Shown: in pieces, positions 50,471 to 64,000 of the stretch
How positions within the stretch are numbered: position 1 is the first letter of the stretch
Layout of the letters: each line of letters opens with the position of its first letter
Source of the DNA: Rhizophagus irregularis
Taxonomy: Eukaryota
Direction of reading: 5' to 3'
Length of the DNA stretch: 64,000 nt
Assembly: GCF_026210795.1 (NCBI RefSeq)
Contig: NC_089432.1
Coordinates: forward strand, 4,898,001-4,962,000
The notes under the pieces: generated by a model
Told to the model about the DNA's origin: nothing
Database searches by the model: none
The model's input: only the letters and a program-made list of their open reading frames with translations
Program-made: the position numbers and the translations under genes

Positions 50471-53389
50471 CAGCCTTGGTTTCTTGTCATTGGTGTTGTA
50501 CAAAAGTATTTCAACATTAATGAAATTAATGAATCTTATATACTATAGTGAGGACATTTCCTATTCTGCACTCAAGTTATAGCACATGGTTCTGTAATAG
50601 TGGTTTTGATACTTGTACTTTTTGCTTCATCACAATACTGGAGTACTATGCTATTGCAATTGGTAATCTTTTAAAAAACATCAGATTCAAACATGATAAA
50701 ATATTAATTCTTGACTTGTCATATTAACAGTAAATTGACAATAAAGTCAAAGTACAAGAAGTCTTAAATCCAAGGGTATTTAATTTTAAATTCTTACTTC
50801 AGTTTATAATGATTTGAATTTAATGTATTCAATAACTTAATGTAAATAATTGACATTTTGTATATGGTAATTAATTCACAATAACCTTATTCAATTATAT
50901 GTTACTTTTTACTTTTTCTAATAAAAGAATTGACAGAAATCATCATTGCATTTATGTTTCTTACCCATAAGAATATATTCTTGTTCTTTATTGTAGTATA
51001 AATAATGATCTCAAGATTTTATCATATAGTAAAGGATATACAATGGTTAATTATGAGATTAATGAAAGCTTGCTCCATAAGACAAAGGAGAAGACTCAGA
51101 AGATTCATGGCTGTGTCTTCATAAGAAATGCACCATGAATCCTATGTATTATATTTATAACACATCATTTGTCCATTAACTTTTATATACTAGCTAAACT
51201 ATAAAACTAATAATGATTTTTTAAAAATATTATATTCTAGTTTAATAAATAATCATTTTTAGCACTCAAGTACTATCTAATGCTGAAACAATCATATATT
51301 TCACTCCAACTTGATATTAATTCAATCCAGATTTTGAACTGTTAATTAAACCTAATAAAAGTTTCTAATTGTTTTATATTTTAGAAATGAATTGTACATA
51401 TTTCCAAATGAAATATTTGAAAAATATTTTTTATGTTTTTTTTTCATGATTTGTTTTAACATGTATAAGTAATGATAAGTAAGTATTTAGTCATTCAAGA
51501 AATTCTACTTCAATTTATGATAGATAAGCTGCATATTATACTAAAAATGCATTTTTTATCATAGACAATCTTTAAAAACAAAGATAGAACTTATGAATTA
51601 TCTTCATAAATATTATAATCAAAATAAACATGATTTTCAGTATCTCACATTTTATCACTTAATTTGAAAATAATGCTTATTAGTTTTATACATTACTAAT
51701 AATTTAATTAGAAAAAGAATACTTTAGCAATAACTTGAGAATGAACTTTCTCAATGAAAAAATCAATATTAATCAGATGATCAAAAATTGAATTATTATA
51801 CTATTAAAGAAAATTATTATTGGTATGCTTATTTTGAAGCTGACGAAGAATTTTTCATCAGAAAGAATTGATAAGTTTGATAATGAACTTCTTGTATGGA
51901 TTAAATCAGAAATTCATATGGATTTAATATATACTACTATATATGTATATATCCAGCAGAAAAAGATACTTGTCAATGTCTACATAAGGTAATACATGTA
52001 AACATTTACATGCAGCAATTTTATGTAATAATTGGATGCGTCAACAACCTGGTAATTTTCATCCGCCTGAAATTAAATTACCAACATGAGAAGAAATTCA
52101 ATATTTCGAAAAAAAAATCTTAATAAATGTTAATTTATTTAAATTGATTAATTTATAAATATCATAATTTCAATTCAATGAATCTAATACTGAAAAGGTG
52201 GATTATTTCAGCAGAGATATCCGATTTTAATGATCACATTCTGGATTGGTTGGAAGGATTCGTGACTGTATTTAATAGAGCGTGCAAAAAAATATATACA
52301 GTAGGTTATTTCGTTATTTGTTAAAACGTTTTTCTGGCAAGCTTTTTGGATTTGATCTAAGTTAATATTTACAGAATGTGTATTTTTTCCGATGCACGCA
52401 TATTATACATATTATACATGTAGCCGGAATTTTCCGAAAATATGGCCGAATTCGAAAGGTTCAAATTTATTGAATGAGGAAATTTGTAAGCTTTATTAGT
52501 GAATGTTAATCTATAAAATGTTTAAATCCAGATATGAATATTTCAATATTCAGGAGCAAATATTTTCTCTTTCAAATATATACGAGCTATATTGTTATCG
52601 TACAATTAATTGATCAAAATTATTATCATGAGTTGGCACAAATATGCAGTTCAATAGAAAAAATTTATGTAAGAATTGGTTATAGAGAAATTCACGGAAT
52701 TGTTGAATTAGTTGAAATGAAAAAAACCAATTAAATACATATTTATGGATGGATCTTATGAATGCAAAGAAATTATTCAGGCTTTAGAAAAATATTTAAA
52801 TTCAATTATTCATTTAGAAACAACTAGGTATGCATTTTTCCTACACTTTCTCATTCCAAAATTAATTAAAGTTGCAAATAGTTTACTTTTATTTGGCGCC
52901 ACACCAGATTCTCATTTCTGCGGATCCTTTGCAAGATGACTCATTAAAGTAAATAAAATCATAATTTCACAAACAACTTTTTGTATAACAAGTAGATATC
53001 CTTATCAACCATTTCTAACCCACTCCTCATTTTATTTTTTTTAAAAAATTTCTTATTTTATCCTATTTTAAAAAGGTCTAAAAGGGTTAGACAATAAGTT
53101 TTAATCAAAATAAATAACCTCAACGTAAGTTATACACAAAAAAATTTTTTTATTATTTTAAATAATCTTTATACTAAAATTTAAATTATAAAATCTGTAA
53201 CTCGCACATCAATCTAATCTAGTTTAATAACAAGAAAAAAACATTTACTAAAAGAAAGATTATTAAATTTATTATAAGACTTTTAATAAAACATTCTAGA
53301 CTCTAGAGTACTATATTCTACTAAAATGATATACAAATTTATTTTATTACATTTTATAATTTAATAAAAAAAAAGAATTGGTTATAAAA

Positions 53390-55696
53390 TTATTGATTTT
53401 TCTGAAGTACTTTCAATCTATATTGTGCTTTTTGATATCCTTGATTTGCAGATTTTTCATACCAATAAACTGCTTTATCTATATCTTTTGTAATTCTTCT
53501 TCCATATTCATACATAATACCAAGATTATATGACGCTACAATATTTCCTAAATTTGCTGATCGTTGAAATAATTCGAATGCTTTTTGATTATTAATGTTA
53601 GTTCCAATTCCACAAATATAACAATATCCTAACATTGTCATTCCATCTAAATCTCCTCCTTCAGCTGATTCCTTGAACAATTTGAAAGATTTATTATAAT
53701 CTTTTTCGACACCTACTCCATCTTTATAACAAATACCTAAATTATATATAGCTATTATATTTTCATTATTTGCGGCTTTTTCATACCAATAAAAAGCCAT
53801 TTTTAAATCTTTTTTAATACCTATTCCATCTTCATAACAACAACCAAGAAATATTTGTCCTGCAGTATAATTTTTATTTGCTACTTTTTCAAAATATTCA
53901 AAAGCTAATTTTTCATTTTTTGAAATTCCACGCCCATATAAATAACAAATACCAACATAATATTGAGCTAAAATTTGATCTTTTTCTGATGCATCAATAA
54001 ATAAATAAAATGCTTTTTCATGATTTTCATTTGTTTCAATACCAAGATAGTTAAAAAATCCAAATAAAAAAATAGAATTTGAATTATTTTGATTATCATT
54101 TAACGTTAATAACCAATTATAAATTTCTTGTGAATTGATATTATGATTATTAAAAAAGCTAATAGTTTTCTGTCTTACCAATTTTGATACAATCCCTCTA
54201 TTTAATAATTTAAAAATAAAATCATTAATTTCAGTAATTATTTCATTATAAACTTCTTCAAATGATGGTACTTCTATAGTATTAATTTCTTTTGAATTCA
54301 TGTTGCCAAAATTTTGCATAAGTTGAGATAATTCTCCATGTGGACCTGAATTATTATTACTTATAGGAGCCTCGTTAAGTTCTTGATTGCCAAATAATTG
54401 TTGATCTTCTATTTCTTCTATTATTACATCAATGTTTGTAACGATCGCTCTCAACCAATCAACTACTTGAAATATGTTAGGACGATTATCTGGTTCACTA
54501 TCCCAACATTCTAAAAAATAATTCAAGATTAACTAACTAAATAACATAATCAATTTTATAATTAAATTTCAAATTCTACTTACTAGTATAAATTTTTACA
54601 TAATTTTCAGGTGTATCAGGAACAATAGTTTCTCTAAGGCCTTGACAAATTTCCAAAGCCAAGCCAACATCATATTCACCTTCAGTACAGAAAGGAGGTC
54701 GACCACTAGACATCTCCCATAATAATACGCCAATACTGTAAATATCACTTTTTTTATTTAATGAATACATTGGTATTTTTTGGTTATAACTATTTCTTCG
54801 AGTGTTAAAGCTTTTTGGGTCAACATAAGGAACCATTCCAAATAATTTAGATTGAAAATTGGATGATGCTCCAATCCTTTTTGATAGTCCGAAATCTGCT
54901 AATTTGATTATATTTTGATGGACTAATATATTATTGGAATGCTATTAGTTAGAAAAAGCAAATGAGATGAATAATGAAATAAAATATTATTAATAAATAA
55001 ATAGTTATAGATGATTTATAAATTACCAAATCACGATGAACAATCCCCTCGTTATGTAAGCATGATACAGCGCTAGCTAACTGGTATGCCATATTGAATT
55101 TATCGTTCCAAGTGAGATTATCAAAGTTTTTTTCAAAATAGTTTCGGAGGCTACCACTATCAGCATACTCCATTACTAACCAATAATTTTGTAAGTGTTT
55201 ATTCTCATTATCTAATAAAAAAATAATTACTTATTAGAACATATTTTTGCAATACTGAGATTTATATTCATTATTACAAGATATCTTTATAATACCTAGC
55301 TCATATTTTGTTATTCCATAGCAACGAATGATATTATCATGAAAATCAACTTTACGTTGAATTTTCAACTACATAATATTAATTTATGAAATGTAATAAG
55401 GTAAAATAAAAATCATACATGGATAAAAAAAAAATAAAATAAATAAAATTACCTCACGAACAATTTCTTTAACAGTAACATTATTAAGACTAAAAAAAGA
55501 TTTTAACGCAAAACATTTTTTTAATTTTTTCAAATTTGCACGGTACACTTCCGAAACCTCCGGTACCAATTTCTTGAAAGTCGCTAAATTGGTTGTATTC
55601 GAAATAATTTAAGAGTTCTTTATCAATAGCTTCCTCAATCCATTTAATCCATTCATTTGCATTCTCAGTATCATGCATTTTGATGTTATCAAACAT
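53390..55696 (-). CDS. TKL kinase with C-terminal Sel1-like repeats; frameshift near 55548
   Basis: GTGGFG, FALK, MEYADSG, HRDL|HSNNIL, LADFGL, SDIYSIG; ~6 Sel1 repeats (LGxCYxxGxG...A..WYEKAA); GT-AG introns. Confidence 0.9.
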
Positions 55697-58600
55697 AGTG
55701 AATTTAATGGATAATATTAAAGACGATGAATTGAACGTTCAAATAAAGTACTGTCGTAACTCTATTATCGACGCTGGTTTTTGAGAATAAAATAGATAAA
55801 GTCTTCGGTGAAACTAGCAAACCTACTAAATTTTCAAGTCAAAATACTAGATTAAACGCAGAAATTGTTGATCTTTTAAATAAAAGTTGCACAGAAATAG
55901 CATACAACATATATAAAAGGTATTTTGTTACCTTCGCAATTGGCTTCGTGAGGCGCAGCAAAAGAACAAAGAACACTCGTTGAGTCTTTCGAGAAAGGAA
56001 ACGGAGCTTAAATAGAAAGGAACAAATCATTTTACAGAAAGATAAGAAAATAAGGAAATCGACGAAAGAAGTAGGGATTTTTACGGGATCAACCTGATAA
56101 GGCTAATATAAAATACGAAAAAAGTAATGATAATACAAAAGGAAACTCAATCAAAAAAAAAAATAGAAAGATTGTCGAATTTCCAGTACCTTCCATTGAT
56201 GATTAGCGAAGCAAATCACGTGACATTTTTTAATGACGTGAATGAAAATGTTAAAAAATTGTTTCAAAATTCTAACATTAATTTTGATAGCCTATGCCAA
56301 GAACTTTTAAACTTATCAGCTTATCAGTTTAAGGATAGAGTACACACTATAATTGATTTTAATAATCACGTGATGGCATATCAATTTTAAAGTAATACAA
56401 GAGAAGATCGGTCTAATAAAAAATAGGCAACATGTGCCAAACCCTTTTCATACTTTTTGTGTAAGCTCTTTGAAACCAATAATATACGTTGTATAAAAAT
56501 CAAAGTTCATTTCATTTTGTCAAAATACTTTAACGTTCGTATGAAGTTTAAGAAAACTGCCAATTTTTCAAAAAGTCTGCCAATTTTTTAGTTTGTTCTA
56601 AGTAACCATAACTAAAACTCTTATATTATATTAAAAACTATAAAAAGTAAGTCTATTTTTTATTGTTTATTTCTTTAAAATGAAAAAAAAAGAAAAAAAT
56701 ATAAATATAAATTATATAATATTATATATATAAGCCATATTATAAAAATAATTTTCTAAGTTAATAATATTGTTTTTTTAAATATATTAGATTGTGAAAT
56801 ACTATTTTAACGTGTTAAAACTGCTGGATCAATATATATAAATTTCAATATTAGTTTTAGGTTCTTTATTTTTATTTATAATAAAACTATTGATTATAGA
56901 TATTAATTTACTATAAGAAAGGTTTATCAAAGAAGTAAATTAATTTTTATGGTATTTTTTGTGAGGGAAATTTAGAGAATTAATAAATTTAGGTTAAAAT
57001 TTTGTTTTTAAGTTCTTTCGTCAAATTGCCGATCACTTGCCAATGACAATAATTAGTCACGTTAACTAATAAAAAAATGATTATATGGTGTACTCTATCC
57101 TTAAGTTTAAAAAATTTGATTTTTACCAGTGTTACATAAATTTAAAGATGATATAATTTACTATAATTAAAAAATTGAGAATAAGTAAATTTTGCACATA
57201 TGCTTACATAATCTTTATAATTTGAGAATTTTTTTTTATTTATAAAAAAATTTTTTTTTTTACTTGGAAATTGTGCTATCAAAATATATAATTTGTTATG
57301 ATTTGTATTGCACATTAGATTTTTAGGTGATAACTGAAAATTACAGGCACAAAGGGATAATTGGAGAAGATATACTCAAAAAATTGTTTTTATTTTTTTT
57401 TTATTTATTTTTTTGGTAAACGCATTTCTTTATTGTCCGGGGAATGATGACCAATCACGTGAGTTTCTCTATCTTCTCATATGACGTCATCCACGTTAGC
57501 CAAACTTACGGTGCTTTGCAAATTAAGTTTCAGTGTAACCAAAATATCAGTATATATTCTTATACTAAAGTTACAATAAAGATTACAAAGAAACTACATA
57601 ATACAATCAAAAGTAATACAAAAATAAACTGCTAACCAAGTCATCATTAAAGACTAAAGACCACTTCACTCTGGTGGTAAAAAAGGAAAAATGACGGAAG
57701 GGTAACACATTATTATAAACGATATCATGAAATTATATATAATATCGGTATAATGAGGTTTTTTTAGTGGAAAAGGAAATTCATTGATATATGTCAATTA
57801 TCGATATATAAACTAGAGGTTAACTTAAATAAATAAAGAAAAAAGGAGAGTCAGTTAGTAATAGTCGAAATAAAAAAAAGAAGAAATAAAAAACAATATT
57901 ATCGAAACATTGTCACTTGCCTGCAGTGTTTTGTTCGTTCCGTTTAAATTAAAAAAAAATGGGCAAAAATCAATGGATAACAGAACATTGTCACCTACCC
58001 GTGGTGTTTCTTATCGACGGATCCTTCCGTTTTGAAGTAAAGGCTAAAAAAAATAAGGATAGAAAAAAGAGTCCGATGGTCATAACTGATTTTAATAAAA
58101 AAATATTGTAACGATTTTTTTTGATATAATTACAGGTATAAAAAATCTATTTTAATTCTTTTTTTTAAAAGAAAGCATAAAAATTTTTTTTTTTAGTAGG
58201 AATTTATAAATTGCGAAAATTAAAAAGGTTGAATTTACAAATTAAAGATCAAAAAAAATTTTTTAAATTTTAAGTAAATGGAACGTTAAATAGTATATGA
58301 TTCGAGAGTAAAACTATGACTTGACAAGATTGATCATATTTTTATTTATTCACCGGTATTAAAATAAAAATTATTTTTAGCGGAGTAGAAATTTTGAAAT
58401 CATTTTTTTTTTTTGTCTTTTTTTTATAATAAAAACAGGAAAATGTATTAAAATGTCATGACGAGTTTTTATTTAATTTAAAATTGAAAAGCGATAGTTT
58501 TAAAAGATGCAAACATTTCATGGTCTGTAAGGAAGCATAAAATTAATTGAGACTTACCAAAAGGCAATTTTTTTTGGTATCCATAGCAACTGTGCATGTA

Positions 58601-59269
58601 GTTCATTATCAAAAGCGGAATAGAGAATTTCAATAAATTATAGCCGGCGAAAATCCGTTCAAATTGAGAAATAAATTTATTGAAAAACTTGCCATAAAAG
58701 TGGATGACCAACATTACCCCAAAATTTAAAAATCCACAGTAACAGAAAAATTAAAATTTGTTTTTTTGTTTTATACAGTTTTTTTTTCGCTCAAAGGTTT
58801 TTAAGGAGTAGTGTTGGAGGGTTTCAGACTCCTTTTATAAACAAATCAGCTTTTTTATGGTCACTATTTCTTAACTTTGATTCAGTAAAACCTTCGGCCT
58901 CTTTATAAAATGGCCGGACTCAATTGAAAACTAAGTGCAATGAAACAAGCGGGAAAAAACAAAGACACTGCCCTGGAAGATGCATGAGTGGGAAAAATAT
59001 AAAAATGTATTAATATCATGAATTGTGTAATTATATATGAGTTTATTAGATCCAGCGAAAATCTTCTTTGGAAAGCGAGTGATCATATCACGTGATGATC
59101 TATCAGACTGGTTCAAAAAGGGAAAGAAATATACGTTAATTGTATGGATTTTTGTAAATTACTCCACCGGTATAAAAAAGTATAAAAAAGTATAAAATCA
59201 ATTAGTGTATACGTCATACATAACGAGATAAACCTGTTATTCCTTAGGTATCTTTGAGGGCCTCAAGGC

Positions 59270-62200
59270 TAGAGTTTCGAACCGGATTTATTTTTTAAAT
59301 CCGAATTAGATACGAATAAATCCGAATTCCTTCGGTTCAATTCAGATATAATAAATCCGGTTTCCTTCAGTTGATCTGGATATAATAAATCCGGTTTCCT
59401 TTGGTTAATCCGGATATAATAAATCCAGTTTCCTTCGGTTAATCCAGATATAGTAAATTCATAGTAATAAATCCGGTTTCCTTCGGTTAATCCAAATATA
59501 TGAAATCCGATTTCTTTTCTGGTGCAATTGTGTACCGAATCAAATGAAATATGGAAATCATTCAGGTTCATTGATTTCACAAGGTCTAAATTTTAAATTT
59601 ACGATAAAAAAAAATGTCTTGCTTTTTTTCATTTCCTTTTCCTTTGGTTTAAAGTTGCTATGTCTGAGACAGACTCAACAGTTACCCATTCAAGCACTTT
59701 TTCTAATGATCGCAGAAAGCGTAAAAGAAATGCTACATCTCCAGAAATCGCCAAGCCAATTGATAGAACAAACAAAAGCCACACTACCTACTTTTTTCGC
59801 AAAGACACTGATGATAATGAAATTGCTTACTGTATACTATGTGAACGAAAACTTGCAGCCAATAGAAAACCATATCCTTATAGCCGAAAGGGGGGATCAA
59901 CATCAAACCTGGCAGTTCACTTACGGGATAAACATGGTGTAACAAAGAATAATTATTTAGGAATATTTGGACGTAAACAATGAGGTAAGACATGAAGAAG
60001 TTGTACTTAAGTATTCATAATACTAAAAATATTTTTGATTTTTTTATATTAGCCAAAAGAAAATGATGCACAAATAACAAATTATCGATGTAGTGAAACC
60101 CGGCAGCAAGAACTAATGCGCCTCCTAATAATATTTATAATTAAATTCGTTCAACCTCTCTACATCCTCCAAAATGATGCATTTCGTAATTTTGTTCATA
60201 GCTGTGAACCTGGGTTCCAAATTCCATGCGAAAAAACTGCAAAAAACTTAATACACGAAGCTTATATTTGGAGCAAAGATCAATTGTTGAACTTGCTTGG
60301 CAGTACCATCATGTCTGTTCATTTAACCACAGATCTCTGGACAGCAAGAAGCAAACATGGGTACATTGGAGTTACGGCAACCTGGCTTTCTTCAGATTTT
60401 ACCTTTTATGAAGTTTTGCTCACTTGCAGTCATTTGGAGTATCCACATACAGGTGAAACCATCAGTGATGAACTATACCGAATTATTGATCAATGGCGCC
60501 TAAAAAATACAATATTTAAAATTTCTACCGATAATGGTTCAAATATGGTCAAAGCTGTAAGTACTTTAGGCAAATCACTACCTGGCATTAAAAGACACCC
60601 TTGTGCGGTGCATACCTTGCAGCTGTCTGTAAAACAAGAATTGAAGCATTGTAAAGACATTCACCGGCGAATTAAAAGTCTACAAAATTTTTTTCGGTTA
60701 CCAAAACAGGCGCAAAGGTTGAGAGAGTCACAATTTGAGATCAATAACTAAGATGTGTCAATTATTGAAGAATCCCAAATACAAACTAGTCCCTTGGATG
60801 TTCTAAGTGATACAAAAACTCGATGGAACTCAACGTTAATTGCATGGAAAAGGGTTCTCGAGCTGCATAATGCTATGCGCTATGTTGCAACGAAATTATT
60901 ATCAGAAAGAGATCGTATATTAAATAAAGAAGGTGAAAAATTGGAAAGCTTATGCCTGACACATGATGAGAAAATGCAAGTCAAATTTAAAATTATTTTA
61001 ATTTGTATTTTCTAAAAAAAGCTTACTATGATCAAATTTTAACAGTTTTTTTATTACAATTTTACAAATTTTTTTATGAATTCACATCAAATTTCCTTAC
61101 AAATTTTTATGGATTTTTTTATGAATTTTTTTTACAAATTTACGTTGACATAATTTTTTATGGCAATAATTTATGCTTATGAATTTTTTTATGGATTATT
61201 TTATGGACAAATTTTTTACAAATTCACATTAAATTTCCTTACAAATTTTATGGATTTTTTTATGATTTTTTTACTAACAAATTTTAACAAATTTTTTATG
61301 AATTTTTTTTATGTATTTACGCTGATATAATTTTTTATGGCAATAATTTATACTTATGAATTTTTTATGGATTATTTTATGGATTTTTAATTAATGAATT
61401 TTAACGATTTTTTTTTATGATTTATTTTTATTTTTGCTTTTTTACAATTTATTTACAAATTATCGTTATACTAATTTTTCTTATGAATTTTTATACGAAT
61501 TTTTTAACTTTTTATTACAAATTTTTTTTTGCTTTTTATAATTTATTTATGAACTTTTCTTATGGATTTTTTTACAAATTTTTTATGAATTTTTTATTAC
61601 CAAATTTTAATAAATGAATTATAATGGATTAATTTTTTTTCATTGATGAATTTTAATTTTTTTTTACAAAATTTACATTGAACGAAACTTTTTTTTGGAA
61701 ATTTTAATTTACATTTATTTTATGAATTTTTATGAATTTTTTTATTAATGAATTTAACAATTTTTTTTATGATTTTTATGGTTTTTTTTTTCTTTTACAA
61801 TTCATTTATTTATTTCCAAATTTTGACTTACAAATTTATTCTTAAAAAATAGTTTTGTTCAAGAAATGATTAAATTGTTGGAACCATTTGAAACTATTAC
61901 ACGACGATTATCAGGTGGCAAATTTCTGACACTTAATATGGTACATCCATACATGTGTATGCTTAAGCGGATGTTTGCTCCAAGAGCCAATGAAAATGAA
62001 ACTGTAGAAAGTTATTTAGAACTTATATATGGGCCTTTAATACCTGAGAATGAAGAAGAGAATGCTGAAGATAATATAAGTGATTCAAGTTCTGTTAGTA
62101 GTGATGATGATATTCCAACTGCTGGAAATCAACATTGGCAACATACACAAAGCCAGAGTCAAGGACGAGGATGAGGACGAGAACAAGGACGAGGTCGTGG

Positions 62201-63358
62201 TCGTGGTCTTGGTCGTGGTCGTGGTCGTGGTTGCGGCCATAGTCATGGTGGACATGGTCATATTTTGCAAAGACCAAATAATGAAGTTGAAGACATAAAT
62301 CAAGTCGAATATCTTCCTCCGGTGAATAATCTTGAAGGTATTCTCAAGAAAGTTCGTGCAGCTATTTACCTTTCTTTAGAGACACATTGGAATGTGCCAA
62401 GCGAATTATCATTGGTTGCAACAATATTAGATCCCAGAATGAAAAGCTTCCTATATGTGGAAGACTTACATCGTGAGGAACAAAAAACACAAGCTGAATC
62501 TCTTTTAAGTAACCTCTATACTCAGCTCAAGCATGATTTGGAACTTCCAGAGGAAGTTAGATCACCCATTTTGGATGATGATGATGATATATTTGAAAGG
62601 ATGTGGGCCAGTAACCAACAGTTAACACAAACAGGTAATAATGATAATAATGAAATTATGTGTTACTTGCGGTGTCCTGATGAACCGAAAAGTACAGATC
62701 CTTTGGTATGGTGGAGGGATCATAGATCAAGTTATCCCATTCTATCAAAATTAGCTCAAAAATATCTCTCAATTCCCTCTACATCTGTACCAAGCGAACG
62801 GCTCTTCTCTGACGCTGGTAATCACGTTTCTGCAAAAAGAACACGATTGGCTCCCGATTTAGTTGATCGAATTTTATTTTTAAAACGTAATAGTACATAT
62901 TTTCCCATATTTCCACCTTTAGAGAACAAATGATTGATTTTAGTATAATATAATTAGGAAAACTTAGTATAAATAACATATATAATATGAACAATGTATA
63001 TACTATATGAATAATATAAATAAAATTTCATTGCGTTTATGGTCTAATCACAAAAGGTGCCAATTCGGGCAAATTTTTAGTTAATAAACTTCCGAACGAA
63101 ACGAATGAAACCGGATATAATAAATCTGGATGAAACGAATGAAACCGGATATAATAAATCTGGATGAAACGAATGAAACCGGATATAATAAATCCGGATG
63201 AAACGAATGAAACCGGATATAATAAATCTGGATGAACGAATGAAACCGGATATAATAAATTCGGATGAAGCCGAAGCAACTGAATCTCTCCGGTGTTAAA
63301 TCTGAATCGGGAGAATCTGGATTTAAATCCGAATGTCGAAGGTCGGATCCAAACCCTA
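59270..63358 (+). mobile_element. Full-length hAT transposon (4089 bp)
   Basis: Imperfect TIR TAGAGTTTCGAACCG / TAGGGTTTGGATCCG; 8-bp TSD CTCAAGGC; AAACCGGATATAATAAATC subterminal repeats inverted at the two ends. Confidence 0.95.
59660..62933 (+). pseudogene. hAT transposase (BED finger, DDE core, dimerization domain), disrupted
   Basis: CILC..HLRDKH, TTDLWT, TDNGSNM, CAVH, TRWNS, LDPR, SVPSERLFS; +1 frameshift near 59960, stops at 60749 and 62172; introns 59985-60052 and 60976-61852. Confidence 0.93.
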
Positions 63359-64000
63359 CTCAAGGCAGATTTATTCATTGATACTGTCAATCGAATAATC
63401 ATGTGACCGACGATCATGTTACGAATGTTGCAAATGTTACGAATGTTTAATATGTTAAACATGTTTAACATATGCAACATATTTAACATATATAACATAT
63501 GCAACATATAACACATATTTAACATATTACATTTGTTAAATATATAGCATTTATTTAATATGTTTAACATGATTAGCATAGTTATTTTTGTTATAAATAT
63601 ATGTGTTCCAAGCCAATGTAAAAGACAGATAATTCTGTTATATTTTAATAAAAGCATTTATTAAATAAATTATCTCATTTTTTTATTTTTATAGTTTGTT
63701 ATATTTGTGAGTCATATTTGCGTCTGAGTGTATATGCCCGTGTGTGCAATACCGTATTCGCATTTGACTGAAATTTCATTTTATTTTATTGTGTAACCTT
63801 CGTAAATTGATCGACAGTGATATATTTACTAATATTTACATATAGCTATTTTCACTTTGCGTTCATTAATATTATTTAATATTTATTTTATTCAATTATC
63901 CTTCTGCTTACCATACACCCATACGCTTATTTTTATAAGCATACAAGAACTGGCTTAACAATACCCATGGAATAACAAGTATTTATCAATTTATCTCTAA

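Noticed and set aside
51750..52960. Possible SWIM/MULE and other gene relics
   Set aside because: Too degenerate to support a call from sequence alone
63037..63657. 206-aa ORF
   Set aside because: Spans hAT subterminal repeats and an AACATAT low-complexity tract

Overview
Very AT-rich eukaryotic DNA with spliceosomal introns, TKL-type kinase and kinase-Sel1 genes and dense transposons. This style fits a Glomeromycotina (Rhizophagus-like) fungus, which is an inference. Most of the window is mobile DNA whose ends and target-site duplications (TSDs) can be read directly. (1) A 13.1-kb Ty3/Gypsy LTR retrotransposon (6846-19950, TSD ACGT) has an unusual layout: a large acidic Cys-repeat ORF ahead of gag, gag and protease separated by one in-frame UGA-CUA, an AUGA overlap into RT-RNaseH, a thymidylate/deoxynucleoside-kinase-like P-loop domain fused to RNaseH, a small orphan ORF and a separate integrase. 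It sits inside a non-autonomous CCCTATAA-ended element. (2) A 24.4-kb CACTA/EnSpm-type element (21394-45784, TSD TTG) carries an apparently intact Tnp2-family transposase, four further spliced genes including a PD-(D/E)xK-like nuclease, and three arrays of ~82-bp hairpin repeats. (3) There are three hAT elements with 8-bp TSDs and one Tc1/pogo MITE. Several frameshifts fall in short base runs and may be assembly errors.
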